A stretch of 64,000 nt of DNA from Styela clava. Taxonomy: Eukaryota. The stretch's first letter is position 1, and each line of letters opens with the position of its first letter. Where the stretch lies: NCBI RefSeq assembly GCF_964204865.1, contig NC_135258.1:17422001-17486000 (forward strand), in the 5' to 3' direction. Positions 11,991 to 23,765 of the stretch are shown here, piece after piece. The translations under genes and the position numbers were made by a program. The notes beneath the pieces were generated by a model that saw nothing but the letters and a program-made list of their open reading frames with translations, had not been told where the DNA came from and made no database searches.

Positions 11991-14435
11991 ATGAATAAGT
12001 ATGGTGGCCCATCGTTGTCACGCGTAAAATTGAAAAAAAAAAATTAAAAATAAAATAAAAAACCGAAAATAAAAAAATAGTTGTGAAAAACATAAAAATA
12101 ATTGAAAAAAAAATGATAAAANNNNNNNNNNNNNNNNNNNNNNNNNNNNNNNNNNNNNNNNNNNNNNNNNNNNNNNNNNNNNNNNNNNNNNNNNNNNNNN
12201 NNNNNNNNNNNNNNNNNNNNNNNNNNNNNNNNNNNNNNNNNNNNNNNNNNNNNNNNNNNNNNNTATTTTTATGTTTTTTCACAACTATCTTTTTATTTCC
12301 GCTTTTTCATTTTATTTTTTCATTTTTTTTAAATTTTACGCGTGACAACGATGGGCCACCATAAATAAGGTTGATGCACTACTTCGCACTCTGTTTTCGC
12401 AGCTGCCGCTGGAACAAAAATTAGAGGTACAACGTCTTGGGCCTTATCAACCAAAAAATTGTTCACTGGAACAATCCCATGACGGAGGAAAGCGTCGGCG
12501 TACATTCTGCGCAAAACTTGGTATAAAAAACACGAATGGTTGTGTTACAGCGAGGACAAAAATGCACTTTTTTGTTTTTATTGCCTACTTTTTGCTACCG
12601 CCCTGACTCACGTTGGTGTAAATTTGGTTTTAGAGATCTTAAACATCTTTCCGAGCGTGCCAGGGATTATCAATCTTCTATGGAGCATCTGGACAATGCA
12701 GTAAATACCGAACATTCGGAAATGTTAATATTGCAGGACAGTTGGATGAAGGACGCGCGGTTTCTATTCGTCGGCACAACCAAAACGTCGAGAAAAACCG
12801 CCATGTTCTCGGTCGATTGATAGATGTTTTGAAGTTCATTGGTTGTCACGAGCTGTCCCTCCGTGGGCACGATGAACGGACTGGCTCTTCTAATAGAGGG
12901 GTATTTTTGGATATGATGGAATACACCGCATCCCTAGATACAGTATTGAGAGATCATCTTGATGCCGCAACTGTTTCGAAAGGGACATCTAAGGATATCC
13001 AAAAATGATTTGCTCGACTCAATGTATAAAATTTATTTACAACATTTGGCTCTGGAAATTGAGAATTGCCAGTTCCTTTCGATTCAGTCTGACGAGACAA
13101 CTGACATCACGTGCGTTTTCCAACTGGCTGTGATTTTTCGGTTTGTGGAAGATGGTAAACCTACCGAGAGATTTCACAGCTTTGTACCAATCGTTGATCG
13201 CACGGCTTGCGGGATATCGGCTGTACTGAAAGAAGTGTTACAGCCTTACAACGCGAAATCAAAATTGATAGCTCAAACTTATGACGGCGCGGCAGTCATG
13301 AGTGGGTCGAAACATGGTTTTAAGTTTATATAAAAGAAGATTTTCCTCATGCGCATTTTTTACATTGTTATGCACACCAATTTAACCTCGTTATTAAAAA
13401 TATGTGTCTTGATACCCCTCTCGTCCGTATATTTTTTGCAAATGTTTCGGGGTTTTCTTCATTTTTTTTCCGTTTCGCCGAAGCGCTCTGACCTCCTTCG
13501 CCAGATATGTAACCGCCGTCTCCCAGCTTGTGCACCAACACGTTGGAACTTCCAATCACGCGTGGTGCAGGGCGTGTCCGAAATTAGGTCTGAGCTCATT
13601 GAGTGTTTCAATGGCATTCAGAGCTCTCCGGTTTGGGACGAACGCCCTGTGAGGGAAGCGGCAGGTCTAAAGCGTCTGCTAGAAGATGGTGAGTTTTCAT
13701 TTTTTCTCCACAATATTCTATCACGTGGATGTATTATACGGCGCATTGCAGTCAAGGCTAATGGACGGAGCGTCTGTGCAGTCGTGTATTTCAGACTTCT
13801 GCGATGCTGTATCTCGTAACCGAGAAACAATAAAATACGACGACACATGGAGTGCTTCTTTACGCCGCGGGCAAACAACGCAGCGTTTGATTTTGTCTGC
13901 AAAGGAATGCTGTAACATTCTGGTGAATCAAATAGGCGATCGTCCGCGCACTGAACACCTTGCCGCGTTCTCTTTGATGAACCCCAAAAATTTTTCAAAA
14001 TTTGCACGTCAATTTCCCATCCATTTGTTGGCTACTGTCTCCAAATTTTACCCCATGATAAACGTGGGTAAATTGGAAAATGAATTGCGATGTATATACA
14101 CCAATCAAACTTTTTTGAACATCACATCAACTTGCGCGCTCTATGGGTTCCTCATAGATAACACTCTAGTAACTACCTTTGTGGCGTCTGCAAAATTTCT
14201 GGACATCATTTTGACGACGCCTATTTCTTCCGCCGACGCAGAGCGAACATTCAGCACGCTGAAGCGTATTAAAACGTATCTCAGAAACACAATGAAGCAA
14301 GATAGATTAAATTCCTTGGCTGTTTTATCCATTCACAGAGACGTTATTTCTGGGATGCATGACTTTAATCAGCGCGTTATTGAGCATTTTGCTTCCAAGA
14401 AACCGCGGCGTGTTGCATATATGTTCAAGCAGTAG
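11991..14435 (+). pseudogene. hAT transposase, frameshifted and interrupted after codon 3
   Basis: MNK|insert|VDALLR..GPYQP; TTF-type Zn finger WYKKHEWLCYS..FCFYCLLF; LRGHDE, DETTD, YDGAAVMSG, HCYAH, PTRW; dimerisation motif AERTFSTLKRIKTYLRNTMKQDRLNSLA. Motifs are spread over several frames. Confidence 0.92.
12000..12363. mobile_element. IS3EU-type non-autonomous foldback element nested in the hAT; interior is an assembly gap
   Basis: TIR TATGGTGGCCCATCGTTGTCACGCGTAAAATT; 6-bp TSD AATAAG (11994-11999, 12364-12369). TAYGG ends with a 6-bp TSD are IS3EU hallmarks. Confidence 0.82.
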
Positions 14436-16426
14436 AAGTCTAGCAGCATATATATATCTATGAGTGAGCGACGCATGTCCTTATCTTTGCATTAACTTTC
14501 CTTTCTTCATAGTAACGTTTTAAACCTTATTTTAGGTTTTGTCTGCTTTCCCGAAGTTTCTGTTAATATGTCATTGTATTTATCTGGGTAAATATTGCCT
14601 TTCCTTTTGAAAGAGGTTTCAAAATAAACTATGTCTATATTTATTAATCCCTTGACTTGGACCGGTTTTAAAGACACTTTCTTATCGTTAAAAATTGTCG
14701 CTTTTGCCGATTGGTTGTTACCGATGGAATGGTTTTTATACTCATAAAATGATGGAAGAACTTACAGCGCTCATCCTGTCCCCGTAGATGGGGGTGACTT
14801 GGTCCCGCAGTAGCTTGCCCCGGTTGTCAAAATGACCACGCGCCGCCACTGGTTAAAAGTATAAATCATGGCAGCATCTGGCGGGCCATATTATATTTCC
14901 CAACGGGACGGATTTGTTCCGCGGGCGAAGTTTGCCTATATTATCTATACCGAGCTCTAAAATAGATTCGGCATGATTTTCCAAAATTTGAAAACTTACT
15001 GATAGTGAGTTGGATACGAAAAAGAACCACAAGATCGATTAGATACCCCATATCTAAAGTCTCAAACTTATATAGTATATACTAGACTACTAGTATATTT
15101 AAGTGTACATTTTGAATAAATTTGGTATTGCAAGATGATCGCCGTGGATTACTGACATATTCACTCTTTGCAATACGTTAGATGTGCCGAACCGGACGAC
15201 GTCTGTTTGCATTGTGGTTTTTAAGAGGTAGTTCACGAGGACGTAGACATTCAAGTATGGAAGTGGGGATAATGGTTACAATAAACATCATGATTAGGCT
15301 TAACGATAGTGAACATCCAAAGATGTTAATTGAAGTATAATACAGCGGTGTTGATTATGAATAATATTGTACGTCCCGCAGAAAATGCAGATCGGGTTCG
15401 TTTATTCATTATAATACTCTGAATCACCTAATGATATTTTATTAACTATGAACCTCAGTTTCCCACGTGCGAATCTTTAATGTTTACTTTTAGGGCTTCC
15501 GACCTATTGACGATTTGCTGTACACTATATTACAACTTGTATACAAATATATGATGACAACGTTCTGCTGGGCGAGCAGTCAGTCAAGGTTGGGACTACG
15601 CCAGAAGCAGATAGCAATTGTAAACGATTGAAAAGGACGATTTCCAAGCAGTTGACTCGAATTGCTCCCCGTCCTTTTGTCTACATATTTTAATATCGTG
15701 ACTCTAAACCAATATCTCTCAACGTTTTGTGACTGATGCACACATTAGATGGCGTTGTAATGAACTATGTTAAGAATAAATATAAATATTAATTAAAACA
15801 TGAAACTTATGTGAAATCAGAAGCTTTGTATTTACATCATTTGCTCGTGAAAGTCAATCAGACACAACGAAATTGAGTTGATTGTTGTCTGTGTTCTCGA
15901 TGTATTTAAAAAGCCACCAACCGACGGAGTAATCCAGATGCCAAGAATTTACGATAAGTTGTTGCTTCGATTAAATTCCGATCCGGAAAAAAAAATTTCA
16001 CAAAGCAATTCAAAAAATATATTTGAAAACTTTTTAAAATTACAAACTGTACTTATTTGTTTTGTTTGGCGTAAGTCTGCAGAATGTGATATTTCAATGC
16101 TCATAAAATATTTTGATGAAATCGGTAATGCAGAAAATATTTATACCAGGTGAACTTTGAAGAAGTCGCTCGTGTAATTTCTTCTGTACGTAAAGAGAAT
16201 AGCATTAAACAAGCTTTCACACAAACAAAACTAACGCTATGTCAAGTGCAACTGTTTTAGCTAAAGCTTGTTTGGTCGTCTCCATGTATAAAGAATTCAA
16301 AAATTTCCAGTGCCGATCATCGTGCGAAAATCAGGAGGAAGATTCTAAAAGCGATCAAAAATCTAGAGTTGATAATCCGCTTGTAGATGAGATAATAGCA
16401 AGGTAGATGGCCAAGAAAGTTCAAAA

Positions 16427-17240
16427 ATGGCAACCTATGTCATATTCGACCTAGAAACTACTGACTTGCGAGATCGAAAAATCACAGAATTTTGTATGTC
16501 TGCCGTTGCGAGATGCCATCTCGATGTCACGGAAAATGTAAATCCATATTCAGTGATACAGGAAAAGATTCGAATATCTGTCGACCCCAAAAGAACTGTC
16601 GAACCAGTAGCAGTAGACCTAACTGACTTAACACGGAAAGATCTCTTGCTACGTCAGAAACTACCGTGGAGTTTGCTCACAAACACACTATCTGCTGATT
16701 TTTTGAAACGGCAGACACAACCATTGTGTATTCTTGCTTTCAATGGAAATAGATTTAACTTCAAGGTGTTGAAAACGCATATAGGTTCTATGCCCGTCGA
16801 GAAATATTTCTCTCGATACTTCAGCGCAGACGTAATGGTTGGAACGAGTCGCCTCTTGATGGAAAAGGGCGTAAAACTAGGGAATAAAAAAATTGGATAC
16901 TATGTTCAAACATTTGGTTGGAGAATGTGAAATCCAGGAGCGTCATTCAACTGAAGAAGATGTAAATGTCATAATAGCATCATTGCAGAGATCGCCAGGG
17001 GATATTCTTCAATGGTTTGATCAATATAAGGTAGCTTTTAACCGTCGCTCTTTAGCACGACCTCAGCTGAAGAAAAATAGGACAGTGGAAAAATGGGATG
17101 AAAAAGAAAACGTCACATCACCTTTAAAAAAAAAAATAAAGAAAATGAGAATGAATTGTCACCTTATTTTGACACGGAGAATTAGAATGACTCGTCATCT
17201 CCAACGTCATAAACACAAGTTACCAATTGATGTTTCTTAA
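16427..17240 (+). pseudogene. Second TREX-like exonuclease copy, frameshifted
   Basis: Highly similar to 1-789; one extra A in the run at 16886-16892; ExoII Asp changed to Asn (RFNF); ExoIII reads HSTEEDV. Confidence 0.85.
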
Positions 17241-18560
17241 CTGAATTAAATAGAACTATATATGTATTTGTATGGGGTTCAACTTGGGAGCGGATAAAAC
17301 GAAATACCTGGATTGGCCCAAAGAAATAGAAGGTATAAATATGATAAATTTAGAAAAAAAATTTGTTATTGCCCAGAATATGAAATACATCAAATACTCT
17401 TGAACGAGGAAATTAACCCAGTGTGGAAAATGGCTTGATGGATGTGCTGACAATTACTGTTTTAAACAATGCTTGAAGTAAAATTGAGCTCAAGTTCATA
17501 TGTTGTGAAGCATTTACCTTTAACATTCATACAAAATGTATTTAAAAACTGGCATTTCCATAAAAATGTCATTTTTGATTGGAAAATGTCAAATTTTGAT
17601 CAACCTATATGGTACAACAATTTTATATCAAGTCTTGGTATGATCATGGTATAAACGAAGTAAAACACTTAGCAAATGCGGGTAATTTGTTTACTTATAG
17701 AGAATTGACTGAAAAATATGGCATGCAATATAGTGATGAAGAATATGTAAATTATTTTCGCCTCACTGGAGTACCTGATTATTGGTTGTGTAATATTGGA
17801 CACTGTATTGATTTTAGTGCATTAAGTGACCTTGAAGAGAATGCATCTCATTTTTATTCTGAAACATTCGAATCGGGACAAGTAAATAAAGGTATCTATG
17901 AAATATCGAACCTGATCAAATTTATGCTACATCAAGAAAAAAATGGGCAGATCTGATTTTTTTAAAGAATGACTTTAATTTGAATAAAATGTATATGTAT
18001 ATTTTATATTGTACTGTTGAAACTAAATTGCAATCATTTCATATGAAGATGTTTCATGTTGCCATAGTACTAAACGATAGATTGTTTAAATTTGAACTTG
18101 TTTCATCGAAGTTAGGTGATTTCTGTAATGTTGAAAATACTAGCCACTTTTTTATGATTGTAAAATTGTTCAGCAGTTTTGAGAATCTCTGAACAGGTGA
18201 ATATCTTCGAAAACAGGAACAAATTTTAACTTTTCCAAAAGAGATTGCATGTTGGGATGTGTATGTAATTTTTATAACAAATTGTGTATCTGTAAACTTC
18301 TAGCTTCCCGGTTTTATCCAAATCGTTGTAAGATAAAAAAAAAAAGAAACCTCTGTTCAATGTTTTTACTACATATCTGTATGAAGTGAGCAAAATTGAA
18401 CGGTTCATTCAAAAATGGAAACTTTTAAGATATATGTACAATAATTGATGGTATTTATATTATTGTACATGCATATTTCCTGTGATTAGTGAGTTTAAGG
18501 CTGTAACTGTACCGATCAAATGTGTTTTACATATTTGATGAATATATATAAAAAGAAAAA
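17224..18560 (+). mobile_element. 5'-truncated, decayed L1/Tx1-clade non-LTR retrotransposon
   Basis: ORF2 C-terminal remnants FVWGSTWERIKRN..GINMIN, QPIWYN, WYDHGI and zf-RVT KLQSFHMKMFH..NDRLFKF..DFCNVENTSHFF; A-rich tail 18550-18560; absent from the paralogous site at ~800-810. Confidence 0.8.
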
Positions 18561-19600
18561 TCTCCGACGTTGAAGATGAAGATTTGTTAAAGCAAATAAT
18601 TGTATGCTGATCTGCTACAAATCTGTATCTGCATGATTCTAATCCCCGCAGTTGTTTTGACTGATGTTTATTCAATCATTTTTAATCATACTGTAATCAT
18701 ATCATCTTGTTGTAAATTCTAAATAATGAAGTTATTGTACAAATAATGGATTGCACTTCGAAACCATGGCACAAACACCGCATAACTAACAAACGAATAA
18801 TATAAATGTTCGTATTCTTCAATTAATTATCATGTCAAAGTGAAGGTTCGTGGTATTTTGAATAAGTTCAATTGTTGAATTGCGTTATTGTTGCATTGTT
18901 TCACTGCCTAGCCAAATGTCACGAAAATAATGACAATATAAAATGTTATTAATTATATTTTTAAAATACTTTAAGTTATATTAGTTTTGGATAATTTTTC
19001 GTTAGAAATGAATTTATTTTTTTTTAATTTGCATGTTCACTTTATTTCAAAGTCAGTTGCCAATGGGTGACTCATTAAAAACTTCGACTTGTATATGCAA
19101 ATGCGAAAAATAGATACAATCAAGTCCGAGCTACGTAATTCAATTAATCCTACCAGTGCAGTATTCAGACTCTCAAATTATGCAACTTTGACTTTGGTAG
19201 CTGAGAAATCACTGATATACCTGTCGACAATATCTCATCTCTAAAAGTGCTTATGGAACGTACGTTTTGTTTCCCTGATTTAGATTTAACTTATTCCACA
19301 AGTCTTTTCTAATTTATCTGCCTGACACATTCTGTGCAAAAAGTTTTAAATGGAAGACTGAGTTGACCATAAACTATTTTGGGAACTCCAGAAGTATGCG
19401 CACCAAGATGTCGCACAACCTGAACGTAGTATGTGTGTTTACCGGTTAGGATTCAGGTTGTGCGATATCTTGGTGCACATACTTCTGGAGCACCCTATTT
19501 TGTATATACCTTGACAATATTACTGGGGATATGCTAATTGTATCCAAAGTCATACTTACCGCTTCATCGCATGCCAGTGAGTGTTAACGAATTGAAAGCG
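18561..19600 (+). repeat. Segmental duplicate of the TREX-unit 3' flank
   Basis: Collinear with ~810-1802 plus 6720-6735. Confidence 0.85.
19381..19495. mobile_element. Palindromic MITE with 6-bp TSD
   Basis: GGGAACTCCAGAAGTATG...CATACTTCTGGAGCACCC with ~44-bp arms; TSD TATTTT (19375-19380, 19496-19501); empty site in the paralog at ~1711. Confidence 0.9.
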
Positions 19601-20685
19601 TACAGAAAGTTTAAATATAAATCATAAATGAGTCATGAGTGATATACTGATATACCAATTTGAACAAAAGCGAACATCAGTATTTTGCATGAGAAACGAG
19701 ACGATCTGTATGGTGTGTGCCCCGATTTCTGCCCAGCTAACAAAAAATTGTAATGTCATATACCCTCAGTATTATTTCAGTTTTCTCTGTATACCGCCAT
19801 TTAAAGCAGCTCGAGTTAGTTTTTCAACACCCAAACTAAGGAAAGTCTGTGGATACAAAATGTATGAAATATAAACGAAAAGCACCTTATTGTTACAAGG
19901 CCGTTTCTCACCAAATTATTTTTGGTAGAAAAACTTCATTCTCCGAATGATATTTTGTCATCATTTATGACAACAAAACAATGAAATTATTACAATATTT
20001 GCTCTTATGAAAATAAAGAAAAATTTATCCAAAAGAATTTAGAAGCAACTTAAATTTAATTGCCAGGATTATTTCTATAGCGCGGCGCACATATGCAGCA
20101 AAGGTATTGTTGAAGTGAAGTTATCCGCAGGTTGGAATTTGATCGAAAACTGAAAAATATGGTTTAAACACTTATTCCCTGCGACGAAATAGTCTCACGT
20201 ATAAAAAATTGAATCCAGTTCATCTAATTCTGTACGACGAACAACAAGTAACATTTGCATTAGCAGATGCATGTAACAAGCTCATATTGATTTCAGAGTA
20301 TCAAATACTTACTAGGAAAGTCATTGGTTAACTACGAATATGGATGTTCCGCAATCCTACGAGTAAGAAACAACCAGTAAACCAACATTTTTTGGCAGTA
20401 AAACGCATTCAATGTAATATGTACATCTCAAAATCTGTACGACATTCATAGACTCGCGGAACCGCCGTGAAGGGCAACTCTATAGCACCACCAATGTTGA
20501 AGCGTGTTACTTTAAAGCGGTATGGTTAAACGAACGAAAACTGAAAACAATGCTTGGTAGAAACTTTTGTGACTTTCATCACGGAGGGCTCAAATTTCAA
20601 CACTTAGTAAGTAAGTACCTTATGTACATTAACTCAGTTCCTATGCTTCAATCTTATCTACCTAATGAAATCAATATACATTTTC

Positions 20686-21429
20686 TGGCGCTCCAGAAGT
20701 ATGTGTACCAATATATAGGTACCTAAATTTGTTCGCCTACTTTGCATCAAGTTGTGTAAAGTGACTGGAAAAAATGGACGGATATTCACTTGGCTAAGAA
20801 AGACAGTCCCCGAACTCGTAATAAAACTAAAATAAGGAAAAGCGGAACAAAATTATGGCCTAACCATGACGGCGCCTCAAACCGTGACGGTGCGGATTGG
20901 ACAAGCCATCCCTGGTTCGGTTCCAAGGACTCAGTAATAGTTTAAACGTTTTCTATAGTACACCATTGTGGGGAGATTACGGCATCAAAATTATCTGTAA
21001 ATCCTAATAAATTAATCTTCATTGGTCTTTGCTTCAAATAATGAAAATTGTTCAACTCATTGAAAAACTTGCACTTTGTTTCCGGCATTTTGATGATTCA
21101 TCGACAGTACAGTTGGGTGATTTAACTAACGCATGGTTCATACTTCATATCATAACTATGACATAACAATTTTTCTCCTTATCTGAACTAGTTAAGTGAG
21201 ACCCAAATCAATGGTAAATCGGCTGCCTCCGTTAACAAAAAATAATTTTGTAATAGTATCAAATAGAAAATTATTCATGACTGTCGTACTGCAAGTGCAA
21301 CACCGGGACCTTTAAGTCTATCGCCGGAACGGCAGAAAAACATGCTGAAACCGGAATTTTCCCGGCTAAACCGGGACGTATGATAAGCCTACCTGGCCCT
21401 ACCCTGGTACGCATACAACGGGAGTACCC
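20686..21429. mobile_element. MITE of the same 6-bp-TSD family, probably containing a nested hAT-like insert (~20865-21391)
   Basis: Left end TGGCGCTCCAGAAGTATG, right end CATACAACGGGAGTACCC; TSD ATTTTC/AATTTC; internal segment shared with 47760-47997. Confidence 0.65.
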
Positions 21430-22452
21430 AATTTCAATATAGATGATAATACATATTCACAAAGTCTATATCACTAGTTTTAATAGAACTATAAAAAATA
21501 TATATGTATACAAAGATTGAAATACGAAAGTCATATAATACGGTACCGCAATTTCTGTAAGCGGTATCATGGATATATATGTGCTCGAAAATCATTCAGC
21601 TGAAACTGATTCAAAAACGGAACGGCTTGTAGTAGAATCGTTCACAAAATCCAGGCATTAAAATTTCATGTGTGGTGAATTTTACGTTTAACATTCGCTT
21701 AAAATATTAGGATAGATAGACATTCAAATCAGAACTACGAGCTTATAGTCTGACCAATAGTCACAAAGATTAGTAGCAGCAACAATTTGATAATTTTCGA
21801 TATTCGACAAGATGATTGGGAATTAAGACTTTGAAATTTCGGAAATCCAGATGGAACTGGAGTTATCAGGTTAAAAACCACATCTACAAATTTTAATTGC
21901 TTAATCAAAATGGTATTCAATTGAAACGAACTGTTAAAATTCGGACCTCATATCGCGTCTCTCCTGTTAAAACCCAAATGTTGAATCTAGTCTACTTGGT
22001 TTCCCGCTCTGTTGTTCTATGTAAAAGCATTGGTATGATAGCGATAGGCAATACTTGCTATTTTCTTTCCAAACATGAATATACTTTTTTAAAAGTACAA
22101 TCATGTCCGTGAAAAAAGTGTCGTGGATATGTTCGTCTGCATTACGATCGCAAATAGCAGGAATTTTTCTATCTTTGCTTCATAATAAGCTTGACAACTT
22201 TGCTAAGCGCGAATTTATGCTGTAAAAAATTGAGCTTGCGTCGTTTTAAAAATTAATTGGTGAGCCACTTTCGTTGTGCGGTCCATGAGCAATCAGAGAA
22301 ATCAAAGTTCAAATTTGTAGAAACGGCACATATATAATTTTTTAATATGAGTTATAAGGTTTTAGTCCATTGTTGCGTTTCAAATAATAACCCGAAATGA
22401 AATTCTAAAATTCTTAAAACCACTGCCATAATCTTGACAACAATCGCATGAG

Positions 22453-23765
22453 TATGGTGGCCCATCGTTGTCACGTGTAAAATTTAAAAAAAAAATGAAA
22501 AAATAAAATGAAAAAGCGAAAATAAAAAAATAGTTGTGAAAAAACATAAAAATAATTGAAAAAAAAGAAATAAAAAAAAATTCAAATTAAAAAAAAAAAT
22601 TGAAAAATAAAACAAACAAAAAAATTTAAAAAAAAATTAAAATTAAAAAAAAAAATTAAAAAAAAAAAAAAAATTGAAAAAAAAAATTGGATAAAAAGAA
22701 AATAAAAAGGTTGACAACGATGGTCCGCCTCGTGGCCCATCGTTGTCACGCGTTTTTATTTTTAGAAAATTTGATGCTGCTTGGGACCAACGTTGTCAGA
22801 CTTATTCCTACACGCACAAATGTGTTTCCTGGGTTTCTAACTCACTACTGATTTTCATGACCAATATCCAATAAATTCAACATGAAAATGTTCTACAAAT
22901 TCTCCATGCTACAAGTTCAACCACAAGCAATATATTTATAATAAGGATAAGAGAATATAGAATTGGATACGAAAATTTGTTTTTACGTGCAGAAGGTAAT
23001 TTAATTGGAAAATGCTGCTTAACTGCTCAGACACTCGTGCGATGCCGGTACGGTATCGTCTGACCGTACCGGTACCCATGCAATCACTCGTGAAAGAATG
23101 GGAGATGATGAGTGATTGTATGGCTACCGGTACGATCAGACGCAAAGCGACTATAACCGACTACCGGTATTTGGTAAGACGGTACGGTACCGGCATCGCG
23201 AGTGTCCAGACAACTGAGTAGTTAAGCAGCATTCTCCAAATTACCTTATACACGTAAAAACAAATTTTCCGAATTTTCGTATTCAATTCTATATTCTCTT
23301 ATCATTATTATAAATATATTACTTCTTGTTGAACTTGTAGCATGGAGAATTTATAGAACATTTTCATATTGAATATTGCTCAAGAAAATCAGTAGTGAGT
23401 TTGAAACCCAGGGAACACATTTGTGCGCGTAGGATTATGCCTGACAACGTTGGTCCCAAGCAGAAGCAAATTTTCTAAAAATAAAAACGCGTGACAACGA
23501 TGGGCCACGAGGCGGACCATCGTTGTCAACCTTNNNNNNNNNNNNNNNNNNNNNNNNNNNNNNNNNNNNNNNNNNNNNNNNNNNNNNNNNNNNNNNNNNN
23601 NNNNNNNNNNNNNNNNNNNNNNNNNNNNNNNNNNNNNNNNNNNNNNNNNNNNNNNNNNNNNNNNNNNNNNNNNNNNNNNNNNNNNNNNNNNNTTTATTAT
23701 CGGTTTTTTATTTTATTTTTTATTTTTATTTTCAATTTTACGCGTGACAACGATGGGCCACCATA
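22453..23765. mobile_element. IS3EU-type non-autonomous foldback element, ~1.3-kb palindrome
   Basis: Same TIR as 12000-12363; TSD CATGAG (22447-22452, 23766-23771); arms pair almost to the centre near 23100; N gap in the T-rich arm. Confidence 0.9.

Larger units (their letters stand above)
11461..14851 (+). mobile_element. hAT transposon, Tip100/ZMYM1-like, full length, defective
   Basis: Perfect 14-bp TIR CAGTGGCGGCGCGT; 8-bp TSD GTTAAAAG (11453-11460, 14852-14859); internal transposase. Confidence 0.96.

Noticed and set aside
11986-12364. ORFs with long X runs (also 23491-23775)
   Set aside because: Artefacts of N-gaps inside foldback elements.
15290-15420. Faint resemblance of MLIEV*YSG..KCR to the IRF association domain
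   Set aside because: Too short and stop-interrupted to support a call without a profile search.
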